Made by a program: the position numbers and the translations under genes
The notes under the pieces: model-generated
Told to the model about the DNA's origin: nothing
What the model saw: the letters and a program-made list of their open reading frames with translations, nothing else
Database searches by the model: none
Assembly (NCBI RefSeq): GCF_009834535.1
Contig: NC_045705.1
Span: forward strand, 31,744,001 to 31,808,000
Direction of reading: 5' to 3'
DNA from: Camelus ferus
Lineage: Eukaryota
DNA: 64,000 nt
In this document: one piece after another, positions 22,291 to 35,294 of the stretch
Layout: each line of letters starts with the position of its first letter
How positions within the stretch are numbered: the first letter of the stretch is position 1

Positions 22291-25049
22291 TCAACACCAA
22301 TAAATAACAAGTGATATTGCTCCTTTTATGATGAGGCTTAGTGTGGAATAGATATTGATCATTTAATAACTTCAATATCACAACATCCCACTGAGGTAAA
22401 TATATGCTTCCTGTGCTTATTTCATTCAATAATTATATAATAAAATTCATTGAGAAATCCAATGATAATTCTGCAGTAAAGAACATGTTTTATTTATAAA
22501 TAGAATCCAATCCTGAAACTACAAGTTATAACCTTTAACTAAGTTTCCAAGATTCTGATTATTTTCCAGATATGCAGAATTGAAGAAAATACCTTAAATC
22601 TCTTTCTCTGCTCCAGGAAGACCCAGATCCAACTTGTCCAACACCATCCCTGCAGATAAGCTTGAATCAGTGTCAATCATTTATTCCATTTTTTCCTTGT
22701 GTAGAGCCACACCCAGATGAAACAAAGGATTCTAAATAATAGTGAAAAAAGCAATAAAACATGACTCATTTATCTTGTACTCCCTATGTACCAGCAAGTT
22801 GCTTGGTCTGCTATTTGCATTATTACATCTTTTTATCACACATGGGATGGGTACTATCACAAACCTTACCTTGAGGATGAGGACACTAAATCTCAGACAC
22901 ATAATGCTTCTCTTCTGGAATGTGTGGAGATTACAAATCCAGGTAATCTCATTTTGAATCACAAATTCTAAGTGTTACACTATACCAGTGAATAGTGAAC
23001 AATGGCCTCAACTGGCTAAAGACAAGTGTTATTAAAGTCAAATGATGTAGTAAAAGAACTGGTTCAGTGGCAAAGTTCTCTTTGCTTGGGATACTTAAGC
23101 AGAGGCTGTCTGTCCCTTGACGAGAATGTAGTTGAGATCATTGCTTTAAATGGGGATGTAAACTACAGGTTCTCTAAGAGACTTCTAAACACTCAAAGAC
23201 CCATTCTTAGACTCATTTTTTCTTATTAAACAAAGGATATATTTTCCAGGACACTTTGCAAATCTGCAGTTTAGATTAACTCCAGCCTCTCCCATATCTA
23301 GCCCAAGAAATTAAAAAAAAAAAATGTTAATAGCCCTTCAAGGACATATTCTTGAAAAATCAGGGTATTTTCAAGGACAATTTTCATATCAGTTTTAACT
23401 CCTTAAGTGGATGCTTAGGGATAGCTAATTGATTATCTTTCCACAAAATTTTGAATGGTGTGCTATGTGCATACCAATTATTTAATTAAATTTATATAAA
23501 TCCATGAAATTGAATTCATCTACAGAAAATTTCACTGAGCCACGGCACCCAAGCAGAGTGGTGCCTGCTTGTCTCCAGAACTGAGTGCCGTTCTCAGAGC
23601 ATGGCTGCCATTCGTCTGACAGTGAGGCTCAGAATCCCATTTCGCATCTTCCATCTTTACCATTTTTATCCCTAGACATGTTTTAGCCAAAACCAAGAGC
23701 TGGACCATAACTGGACTCCCAGTTGTGTGTTGAATCACTGCCTTCAGATCCTCTTTGTGATGTTGTCTGTTTCTTTCCAGTGTTCCTGTGAAATGCCATT
23801 GCTCAAAAGACTGCTCATATAAAGAAGTGAGGAATTACATTTCATCAATTGTCTAATTATTACCTAGACTGTATATATTTCTGTTTCATAGCATGTCTAT
23901 TAATGCAAAAGTTTCAAGGCAATGCCTTCTCCATAAAGAGGGAGACAAGACTGCATGAGCACTCCTGAAACAATGCATGTACAAAATAAGTTCCAGAAGG
24001 GAAAATATCAGTATGATCTACAAACTTCAAAAAAGATGAAATGAGCTAACTAATCCTTGACATGAGCATTGAGAAAATTAGAAATTTGTAAATTTAGAAA
24101 TTGAATAAGAAGGACAACAGTATGAGCAAGGCATGAAGAAAGAAGGGGAAACATGGAGCAGAGTGAAAATTCAGGGCCTTTTGACATCAGAAAACCTGGG
24201 TTTCATTATGGACCTTCCAGGGATATAATTAACCAGAAGTTATTTATTCCTCTAAATCTCAGTTGCTTTTCAGAGTTGTGGTATTAAACATTCAGTTCCT
24301 AGAATTATAGCTTAAATTTTAATGTTCAAACTTATAAACATTAAAATGTAACAAGAATGTGAACTTATATTAGTTTAAGTGTTTATTAAGTAGTATAGTG
24401 GCCTGGCACATTTTGTGTGTCTCATAAAACTTAGTCCCATTCCCCCCTATTAATCCCAGGTATGAAGGGTCTTGAGTAGATGCACTCAGCCAGACTGGAG
24501 TTCAGTTAGGGATGGGTAGTAAGAGTTACAATACTAAAGAAACCTATGTAAGTTCTTGAATTTTCACATTAGAGTTACTTCTTTGTTCCGAGTACCTATA
24601 ATAAGTCAGACAACCACTCTGTCCCTCACTTTCATTCTCTGTGAAATGAAAAAAAAAAATGACACCTATTGTGCAATTTTGTTGTAAAGATTAAATGATT
24701 TTATAAACATAAAAGGCTTAGATCAGCTTCCTTATGTTTTTTCCCAGCATGAGGAGAATGCTACAGACCACAAACTATTTTAAAACAGGTCCCTTGCCTT
24801 TGGACCATGTGTTTACATGTGTTTGCATTAAATACTCCATGGCCAGCAGGGTATCAGTCCAATGACTCCTCCACACTTGGCAACACATAGGTTTTTGAAC
24901 TGACTTTAAAAGAAAATTCTTCCAAACTTGTTTTCTAAAACACAATTTTAACAAAAAGTAGAATAGTTCAAATAAAAATAATGTATTTTTATAAAAAGTT
25001 AAAGTAAATTTAAAATGGACCAAAGGAACATAGTTTATATAGGTAGATA

Positions 25050-25700
25050 GAGCGACAGAAATTTAAAGTCCAAGAACCTCTCCCAACCATAAGTGCTCAT
25101 TCTCATTCAACCCTCTATTAACAACTTAGTGAATGCTCTTTAGAGGCGCGTTTGTATGTAGGTATATACACAGTCATGCATGTGTTCTACTCTATGTAAA
25201 AGTACATAAATATATACTAATACATTTGAAATTCTAGTTGCACTTTGTATGGGCACTATTTGTCATTACTTATGACTTTTCCTTCATTTTAATTGCTACA
25301 TACCATTCCATTTTATGGTTACCACATAATTCCTTTAACAAGTCCATGTTTGCTCAAAATTTATTCTAATAGTTCGCCTTATACACAGGGTTACAATGAA
25401 CATGACTTACAGAAATCACTACTTGCTTGTTTGAATATTGCTGTTGGAGAAATCTGTGTCATCACCAAACAAAACAAATATGCATAGATTTAAATTTGGT
25501 AGATCCTGTAACACTGCTCTCAAAATCCTGAAGCATCTTTCATTCCCATAAATTGTGTATTAAAGAGTAATTTTCCCCACAGCCTTACAGACACTAAATA
25601 TTATCAACATTGTATATATTTTTTAAAAAATGAGGTAAAAATTTAAATCATTTTAATTTACATTCACTTAATCATTCATTCATTGAATTTCACTGTGACA
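25050..25700 (-). mobile_element. Old L1ME/MC-type 3' fragment (antisense)
   Basis: taccattccattttatggttaccacataatt...ggtagatcctgtaacactgctctc...ttttccccacagcctt. Confidence 0.55.
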
Positions 25701-25839
25701 TAAACAATGAATTTTGGCCTCCAGATGAAGCTAAATTAAACGCAATGCAATATCTATATAGAGATATATAATCTATACACGTATCTAAATATCTAACTCA
25801 AACGAACAACAATAATATATTATTTAGTATATCTTATGT

Positions 25840-26010
25840 ACTAGAAAATTTGCTTAATATTTTATACATGTTTTCTCATTTAATCTTCACAATTAGCTAT
25901 GATGAGACATACAGTATGGCTGAGATAAAGCAAAATAATTAATGTACTTAAGAATATACAATTAGCAAGTAATAAATACTGGATTTGAATCCAAGGAGAC
26001 AACTTTAGAG
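25840..26010. mobile_element. MIR SINE
   Basis: ttctcatttaatcttcacaattagctatg...ggatttgaatccaagg. Confidence 0.6.
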
Positions 26011-27489
26011 TTGATTGTGTTTCTTGTGTCTGAATTTCTTATAGAGCTAAATGATTTATTCAGTAAAATCCTGGATAGCAGGAGGGGGAGGGCAGTGTCT
26101 TTAGGGAGTGTCCCTGTGTTGTCGTTTTTAAGGAGCAGTAGTGCCCTGTGCTCCTCACAAGACCTGTGCCCCGAGCACGTGCATCACCAAGACTGTCTCT
26201 GGTGCAGGGCTTTTTGGCTTATTTCTGTCAGTTAGTCTTTCTAACTCACTGTGCTTTCCTTGAAAGATGAGTGGACATGGAATTATCTACAGTAGAACTT
26301 TCCCTGGACAAAAATTAATATGCATTTGTAGATATAAAAATTAATTCTGTCTTGGAATGCTTCCAAAGGGAACAGGCTTAATTCCTGAACAACCTAATGC
26401 ATCACCCATAGCACTGACTTACATGTATATACATATATACATGCACATATATATTTAGTTCAGTGTATTAGTTTCATTAAATAATTATAATAAATATATA
26501 CTGACCAAAACAGAAAGAAAAATACTACATAAAGTCTTTCCAAAACTGATTAGGGAAAGAATAAAGTTAAAGGAAGTTAGTACCAGAGGAACACAGAAAT
26601 ATATACAATATATATTATTATTATATATCTTACTTATATAATACATACACAGAGAAAATTGCTCAAAAAATGGGAAACATAAAATCTGTCTTGAAGTGTC
26701 TTATACATTCCAGCTACTCCTGTTCCTCCTTTTCCTAACACATCATCTCTGAAACATAAACAAACCCTGTCATTTACTAATCTCATAATCTGGATAGAGT
26801 CCTAAAGGTAAACACTTAAATTTCCATAATGCCAACCAAGAGGAATGTGAATTAAGCTACAGACTGTTGATAGCTCAAAGCTCTCCATCTTGAGGCTAAA
26901 ATTTGTTTATACAGAAAAAAAAGGTGATCTACTAACACATTTAAAATATAATTGTACATGCATACAAGTGATTCAATTATTTCAATGATTTCAAAATAGT
27001 ACTTCAAATTAATAATATCATGTTTAATACTCAAAACATTTCTAAAAGCACCTCCACAAGTCAGTCTGATGTGGTCTCTGTGACCTCTAAAACCAGCCAT
27101 CTGATGGTCCCTGTAAGTAGGAGGCAGAGATTGTACAAGTAAATTTTCTAGAATCAAGTCAGGGTAACCAAAGGCCTCACCTCATCAAGGATGTACTCAC
27201 ACAAACTTTTATGTACAAAAAGGTGGGACTCATGATACATTAACGTTTCAACTTAGCAATTCCAAGCATGGAGGTGAGTAAATTAGGACTTACACGGGAA
27301 GCAAATCATCCAAATACTTAGTGGGAAGTTATTTTGACAGAACCAGGATTTCTACTATTTTTGACGAATTTTCAAATGACACAGGATTTCAACATGTGCA
27401 GACTTGCATCATTTCAACTGCATCCCTCTGAGGCTGTGTCTCTACTGACCGAGGCACTAATCATCATACCAGTGAATTTCCAACTGTCC

Positions 27490-28350
27490 CTGCGATGATC
27501 CACTTCTCCCAGGGGCAGAGCTTGGCTGGAGCCATGCCAACCTGATGCTCTACCAGCTCAAAGCCAGATCATGGTATTAACAGTTCACTTACTTTTTCCA
27601 CAACTAAACTCTCTTTTTCAGCAGAAGAATGGCCACACAATGATCCATCTCCCTGTATGAACAAATGAAAAAGTCAGTAGGACTTGTTTTTGGCCACCTA
27701 GCTGGTACCAGAACTGAATTTTTCTGTCACCCAATCTGGTGCTCTCTACATCTCTCAAGGCTATTAGTAAAATTGTGTGACATCTAACTGCAGGATAGTT
27801 GCCATGATAAAGGATTTTAAAATGTTTCTTAGCGAGAAAAATAACTAAATCTTTTCTCACTGCATAAGGATTAGTATTATCAAATGGTTTGTTTTCAATT
27901 TAGAAATATTTGGGGTTATAGCCTTCATTCAATTTCTACCTTTAAAAGTAAAAAATACCAATGCCCTACACTTAATAATACCCTTCATAGATTGCAACTG
28001 GGCCATTGATATATTTGACCGTACACTCTGGGAAGTCCCTTGAGAAGGAAGACTCTTCCAGTTTTACTGAATATGATCCTCACAGGTGATCGGCCAACCT
28101 CTTTGTTTAGATTGCCCTTACTAACATTCTAAAGTTACCCCACATGCTAACCTAATTATTTAGACACGGTTCAAGGCAATATTCCTCAATTGTTTTTTCA
28201 CTATTGCCCCACAAAGGTGCTTTTTTGGCATTTAGACCCTTAGTCACTTCACCCTCTAAAATAATAATACCACAAATGTAAAACTTATTTTTATGATTTA
28301 TTTATATCTGTGTATTATATATAAATATATATACAGTAAAAAATGTTCAT
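27490..28350 (+). repeat. Block X, directly repeated at about 48450-49230
   Basis: agaagaatggccacacaa...gacttgtt(t/c)ttggccacctagct(g/a)gtaccagaactga...atatgatcctcacaggtgat(c/g)ggccaacc shared in the same orientation. Confidence 0.85.
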
Positions 28351-29080
28351 ACCCCCCCAAACCATTTTTACCTACTTGAGAGAGATAGTACTGCCATCAA
28401 ATGCATGTTTTAAATAACAAACATTTTAAAAAATAGAAGGGGTTTAATGTGCTTATTTAAATTTTGACCAAACTGAAATTCTGTGGTGCTTGAACTACAC
28501 AAATCTATACCCAAGGTTTCTCATTTATCAAAACGATTACTAGCAAAATTACATTTTTGTTTTTTTCTTTTTTTGTTTACCTGCTTATTACCCATCTATT
28601 CCCTACTGGAATTTACTTTCCACACAAAATACAATGCTGTTTGTATAATTTCACCTTGTATACCCAGCTCCTACAATTCTCTTCCATTGTAGGCACTGAA
28701 CAGTATTTTTTGGTTAAATAAGTCAAAATTTCCTAAGCTGAATTGACCATGGAGCCATTTTCCCAGTAATAAATGTTAACAGAATGGGATAGCAAGGGGA
28801 AAAGCCCAAGGGAAGTAGCACCTGTTTAGCTCTTGAAGGTGCTACCCTCAGTCCCAAATAGAGGATCAGTCTCCTCGATGATTGAGTGGCTCACCTTTCC
28901 TCCAAGTATCTCTTTCACCCAAGTGTCACTTCCTTTGAAATTAAATCATGTGAATTTCATTTCTTGAACCTGTTACATCCCACTTTTCATGATGCCCATG
29001 AAGGGTAGTATATCTGCACAAATGAGATCATTCCATGGCTTTTCGCCGACATGGGAGAAATCAAGAGAGTGCAAGTAGCC

Positions 29081-29829
29081 TGTTAAATGGAAGTCAACTT
29101 ATATACAAAGAGAAGAAACCCCCTCAGCCAGCCCCCATAAACATAAATAAATAAATAAGGGAAGAACAGCCAACAGCAATCTTCACAACGTGGCCAATGA
29201 TCAGATCCACGCTTTGGTGTTTTTACATCATGATATTGTTGTGGGCGAACACGTTCTTGCCTTGCACGGGAAAGCATTCAAGAGCAAGGCATGGCAAAGT
29301 GAAAGCAAGTTTATTTAGAGAGATACACACTCCACAGAGAGTGGGGTCTGTCTCATTCTGAAGGGAAAACAGCTTAGGAGATACACACTCTATAGGCAGA
29401 ATGTGGGCCATCTCAGAAAGGTGAGAGGGAGAGAAGATGAAGGGTGTGGGGTGTTTAGTTTAAAGTGAAAGTAGGTACACAGTCCATAGACAGAGTGTGG
29501 GCTGTCTCAGAAGGCAAGAGAGACAGCGACCACGACTTGCAGAGTTGTTAGGTTTTATGGACTCGGTATTTTCATATGCTAATAAATAGGAGGATTATTC
29601 CAACTACTTTGGGGAAGGGGTGAGGATTTCCAGGACACACCCCCCACCCACTTTTTGACCTTCTATGGTCAGCCTAAAAATTGTCTTGGTGCCTGTGGGC
29701 ATGCCAAGAGGCTCAAGGTCTACTGGAAGTCGAATCTTCCACCATCTTCATTCTAACCAGTTTGTCCCATGCTCAATTGCTGTGTCATTCTTTCAGTGGT
29801 TGTGTTCTGCACCCTTTCCTCCCACTTCA
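29081..29829 (-). mobile_element. Solo ERV1 LTR, MER41-like, related to the LTRs of the provirus at 56670
   Basis: The minus strand starts TGAAGTGGGAGG...gaatgacacagcaatt and shares gaccttgagcct, ggtgcctgtgggcatg, gtaggtacaca.tccatagacaga.tgtggg and tcaagagc.ag blocks with the 56670 LTR. The left end is uncertain and I found no TSD. Confidence 0.75.
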
Positions 29830-31399
29830 ATATCAAGGAATAGTGTGAAGTAGGAAGAGTACAGGAAACAAAGTCTGAAAGATGATATTGTTACTTAACT
29901 TCATTGAGTCTGATTTTCTTCTTGTATGAAATGAAGTAAAAACCTCGCTAATGATAACCTTTGCTATATCAAGAAAATTAAAGTATGTAAAGAATCTATC
30001 AAAATGTATGCCTCATGGTTGGCTTTCAGCAATAATTACCTCATTCCCCTCAACTAATGCCTAATATTTTCACTAAATTAAAAGTCCAGATTAAACCAAA
30101 GTATCCTGATGCAACATATCCAAACAATATTCATCTCATTAATTTCAGAGGAAACATACTTACTCCCTTATATTTTTTTGTTTGTTTGTCTTGTTTTTAA
30201 AGAATCAGAAATAATCAGATAGCAGTTTGTCCTCAGGAGAGATTTTTGATGGTGAGTATAAAGAAACATCTTAACAGGACTTAAACTTACTCACAAATTA
30301 GCAAGACTTTAACTGCTGAGAACTCCAGAAGATCTTTCATTTTTTCCTTCAGTTCTTACACCTTCCAAGTTTGCTTTTGACAACTTATAATTTTGCATCA
30401 GTCATCTTTTCAACCCCCTGGCTCCTTGTCAGTGAGCCCTTGTTGTAGCCCCTAAGACATAATCATTTGCCTTAGTTTCCCTCTTCAAATCCTCTGTTTG
30501 GTCCTAGAATAAAAATGACAGTTACTGAATACTTTACCTGTCCTTACACCTGGATTACTCTCATCTCCTATCTAAGAGTCATACGACAAGATGAACTGCA
30601 TGTCATTTAGTCTAGATTCTGATGAAATGTTTAGTTCTCACCAGCAATTGCAAACTTGATCATTTTATAGATTCAGTGCTGATTATATCATCTTCCAGGC
30701 TTAGATTTTGGAGAACATGTTCTGCTTCTTATGAATTTGGGACAACCATGCACAGCTTAGTAAACACAGTTGCCCCGGTACCATGCTCTGGCATTAATGT
30801 ATTGTCAAATTATGGAAAGAAGTAGCTCCATTTGACCAGCAAGTTTGTGAAGAAATATGTGTGAGAAATAACATGAGTTAGAGTGCTGTAATCAGAGAAG
30901 CTTTAATTTATAAAGAGTTATGTAATAATATAGAATGACCTAATGTCCTCCACGTGTATAGAGGAGACTCGCAGTTATCCCTCACTTTGCAAAAGTTCAC
31001 TTGAGCCACTTTGCTTTTATGAAGGCCAACGTTAGGACTTGTTTTCACTAACTGAAAGAAATCAGCAGGGGATGTTGTTTATAAATTTTTTGTTGCCATA
31101 TTAATGTTGGTCTTTTGTAAAAGTGAAGTGACATAACTCAAAATTTCAAAAAGAGGAAAAACTTGTAGTGCTGAAATGATTACCTGAAATGAGGCAAGGC
31201 TACAACAAGTTTGACAACATCTTCTGGAAGGTTAAAGTGAATCATTAAGACTGCATGTAACTTTTCTTATCTATAAACAGAAACATACCAGAGACAATTG
31301 TGATTCATTAAGACTGAGTTTTAAAGACCTAGATTGGAAGTTTGTAGCTGGAACCTTTGAAAAGAAGGTGCATTTCAGTGTAATAGTTCCTGACACACT

Positions 31400-31500
31400 T
31401 TCTGGGGTAAGCATGTGTGATATGAGGCAAGTAATTATTAAATTTCTCTTGGCTTCAATTTGCTTCTCTGTAAAATGGGGAACCTAATAATGGAATTACC
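31400..31500. mobile_element. MIR fragment (paralogue at about 40040-40140)
   Basis: gaggcaagtaattattaaatttctcttggcttcaatttgcttctctgtaaaatggggaacctaataat. Confidence 0.6.
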
Positions 31501-32366
31501 AGTATAGTGCATGGATGAATCAACTGAAACTGAATATGCTTGATAGATAGTAAGGTGTTCATTTAGTGTAAAAATATGTATCAGACCAATAGAGTAATAG
31601 CTTTGGAACATAAATATATACCTTTTTGTTTAATTGGATGAAAGTAAGTTTACACTTTTTGTTTCAAATGGCTCTTCAAGTCTTGGTATCAAAAAAGTAA
31701 ACATTTTCTTTATATTCAAGAAAAATTGTGAGCCATAGGGATGTTTATTTAAAACCAAATTAACAGTAACCTGTAATTTCTGGTTTATTTGTTGTTGTAT
31801 GAAAATATAGAAAGGAGAGAAAGATTTTGAATTATTCTTTCCTCCTTTTGTGGGGTCTCTCTTTTTGCTTTTGGTAAATGCATAGTGCAGGGGGGTAAAA
31901 ATCAGCAGTGATTCTTTCAAACAACTGTTTCCTCCCCATGTACATATCTAAGAATTTCTATCCCTTATTGGCTTTGCCAAGAAGAAGCAAAATCAAGAGT
32001 TCTGGGATGAAGTGCTATGGAAAATCCAATTTCATCCAACAAACATGTATGAAAAATTTGGTAAAGTAGCAGTAAGACTCTGGAGTAAAACACTCTACAA
32101 TCAAACTAGGGGTTTATAGCTGTTTTCCCCATTGGCTATTCTAAAGCTATAAACATGAACATTAAATCTTTGGTAAAGTGCATTACAAATCATCAACATG
32201 CCTAATAAATGCCTAGTCAATATTAAACACTCAACAAATGTTAGTCTCTGAGCCATTTATTTCTCTCAGTGATCTGCAAAATTTCTTAATTTTTTTTTTC
32301 ACAATTTACAAAATGTATAACCCTCCCATGTATATAAATCATCAGTTTCTTGGCATCATGAACAGC

Positions 32367-33281
32367 CTAAGTTACTCTCCTCCTCAACAAACTCCTCATG
32401 GCATTTTTCACCTCTGTGTTTCTCACTGTGTAAATGATAGGATTTAACATAGGAATGAATATTGCAAAGAACATAGTCACCAACTTGTCTACAGGGTAGG
32501 TGGCCACAGGACGTGTGTAGGTGAATATACAAGGGACAAAAAAGAGTATCATAACTATAAAGTGGGAGCCGCAGGTAGAGAGGGCCTTGCGTCGCCCTTC
32601 AGAGCCGTGGGACTTCAGGGAGCTCAGGATGACTATGTAGGAGATGAGTAGCATGGAAAAAATGAGTAAGCACATGCCCCCACTGTTGGCTGCCACCACC
32701 ACTCCAAGCCTGTAGGTGTCACTGCAGGCAAGTTTCAACAGTGAGAAGAAATCACACCTGAAGTGGTCAATGACATTGGGACCACAGAAGGTCAAGTCAA
32801 ATGCAAAAACCATCTGCACAGTGGCATGTAGGACTCCCCCAATCCAGGCCACCACCACTAGGAGCTGACAGAGCCTCTGTCGCATGATAGTTGAGTAGTG
32901 CAGAGGCTTGCAGATGGCCACATAGCGGTCATAGGCCGTAACAACCAGGATGATGATCTCTGATCCTCCCAGGAAATGTTCCACAAAGATCTGAGTCATG
33001 CAGCCACCCCAGGAGATGGTTCCCCTCTGGTACAGTATGTCAATGAGCATTTTAGGAGTTGTGACAGAACTGAAGAGGGCATCAATAAAGGATAAATAGG
33101 TGAGGAAGAAGTACATGGGAGCTGAAAGTGCAGGGCTGAGGGAGATGGTGATGACCATGAGCAGGTTGGCCAGCATCGTAAATAGGAAAATGAGCAAAAA
33201 GGCAATGAAGAGTATTTTCTGCAGGTGTGGATTCTGCGTGAGTCCCAGGAGAACAAATTCAGTCACATTCTTCGGAGGCAT
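32367..33281 (-). CDS. Olfactory receptor OR4C-type, copy 2 (304 aa, starts at the second Met)
   Basis: Full ORF with OR motifs. The upstream ATG of the paralogues is CTG here, and MAYDRY reads TAYDRY. Confidence 0.9.
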   Translation of the reverse strand: MPPKNVTEFVLLGLTQNPHLQKILFIAFLLIFLFTMLANLLMVITISLSPALSAPMYFFLTYLSFIDALFSSVTTPKMLIDILYQRGTISWGGCMTQIFVEHFLGGSEIIILVVTAYDRYVAICKPLHYSTIMRQRLCQLLVVVAWIGGVLHATVQMVFAFDLTFCGPNVIDHFRCDFFSLLKLACSDTYRLGVVVAANSGGMCLLIFSMLLISYIVILSSLKSHGSEGRRKALSTCGSHFIVMILFFVPCIFTYTRPVATYPVDKLVTMFFAIFIPMLNPIIYTVRNTEVKNAMRSLLRRRVT

Positions 33282-34929
33282 GAGGCAGTCCAGTCAGCAA
33301 GTGACACCTTCCTGGGGCCTAAATTATCTATAAGAATAAAGAATGATACCCATTAATCCTGAAAGAATTGTGATCTGAATATTGTGGTACAAAAACAGAG
33401 CAGTCACGCTACCTGTGGAGCGTGTCCTTGACACTCCTGCCTCAGTGCTTGTTTCAGTTCTCTCTTACGTCCTCCATGATGTTTCCATCTCTTCAGACAC
33501 CTCGGAGCTGTCACCTGTGAAACATCTATAGGGCAGCATTTGAAGGGTAATTTACTGTGAAAGTTCTGGGCTTTCTACACGATATCTGGATTCTCTTTCT
33601 TCTTCCAGCTCCGTATGACTCTGCTCAGTCATCTCTGTGTCCCCCGGTTTTGATTCCTCCTTTGTGTCTGTGGGCTTACAAATTGTAATTCTCAGTTGTA
33701 TTTTGTAAGCTGAGAGCTGCTGCACACAGGTAAGAGGTATTTCTTCTCCCATGAAAATTTATACCTGAATCCTCACTTTAACCATGGAAAGAAAGACATC
33801 ATCAATAAATATCTACCATAAGCAGGTACTTTAGGGAAATGTATATGTCATTGGCAACTCACTCTCCTTGGTACCTACCAGAACTCATAAGGTATCCAGG
33901 TGTGTTTCCTCACTGCACCTACCACAGTGCCTGGCATAATGTCTGCACTGCCTGAAACCCACTAGGTAATGAGTGAGCACTTGGTGAATTGCCATTCTCC
34001 ATGGGTAACAATACACCTGCTTCCCCAGACCAAAAACCTACAATGAATTCAAGTATTCTCATCCTCCTGCTCTGTTTATCACACTCTCTACTTTATGAGA
34101 AACATAAATAAACATTTGAACATAAACTATAATCCAGTTTAACATTTTCAAATACACTTATAGGGTAAATATGAAATATTAATTACCTCTAAGAAAGAAT
34201 ATATTAGTGGGTCATTTTACTTTCTAGATGATTATAGTGTTTGCAAATCTATAGTTTTTAGTCTTCAAAAGTTGTTCCACATACAATTTAACAAAGTCAT
34301 ATTCAGTAAATTTACAGCTTTCATAGATTTGAGTTAAAAAAAAAAACCTCTTGCATAGGTGTTCAATACACAAGGATCTATCAAGGAAAAAAAATCCCTA
34401 TTTTCAAAATTCTAAAAATAAAAATTTAATGTGGAGAACAAAAAGAAATAGTCCACTAGGTAACGTAGAGAGGTAGGTAATGTACTATATATCTACATAT
34501 ATACACACATAACCCCGACACATGCAAAATCTATTACTATAAATGCCTATGTCAAATTCATTCACCCAACAAATATTTATTGGATACTTACTATGTATAT
34601 TAATGTATGTTTGTTTACACAATCATGATAAGTGTCCTTGTTAAATGTCCTTAGTGACTGAAGTTTCATTACCAAACAGCAGCAACTCATCCCTCCATGA
34701 TGTGAATGACCTTCCCATTCCTTTATGTTTCTGCGACAGACGTTCTCATGCCTTCTTCTCCCATCTTCCCATAGCATCCATCGTCCATCGTTCCCAGTTA
34801 CAGGACACTGCACTACTAATAGAATGAGGAAATCTGGGGACATAAATTTCCCAAAGAATAGAGAAAACATAAACAAAACAAGATGTATTCTGCCAAAAGT
34901 ATGTCTTTTCATTTCAAAGATAAATGGAT

Positions 34930-35294
34930 AAAGAGCTTTATTTTTATTTAATTTTTAATTTCAAAAATGTTCTAATTGAGTTATAGCCAGTTTATAATGT
35001 TATGTCAATTTCTGGTGTATAGCACAATTCTTCAGTCATACATGAATAAACATATATTCATTTTCATATTCTTTTTCACCATGACCTACTACAAGATATT
35101 GAATATATTTCCCTGCACTATACAGTATGAATTTGTTTATCTATTTTATATATGCCAGTCAGTATCTGTGAATCTCAAACTCCCTGTTCATTCCCTCCCA
35201 CCCCTCCCCTAGCAACCACAAGTCTGTATTCTATGTGAATCTGTTTCTGTCTTATATATAAATTCATTTGCCTTTTAAAAAGAGCTTTATTTTT
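34930..35294 (-). mobile_element. 5'-truncated L1 3' end with a perfect 16-bp TSD, present only in copy 2
   Basis: aaagagctttattttt at 34930-34945 and 35279-35294. Empty sites in copy 1 (about 3225-3245), copy 3 (about 43585-43600) and copy 4 (about 51917-51932). Confidence 0.9.

Noticed and set aside
23532-23770. GC-richer island with a 68-aa minus-strand ORF upstream of the OR4C6-like gene
   Set aside because: There is no recognisable protein similarity or convincing splice-site pair. It could be a UTR exon but is unsupported.
26050-26330. Possible OR4C6 promoter (ttccctggac next to a TAAT-containing site)
   Set aside because: Single weak motif matches with no paralogous or orthologous footprint available in the window.
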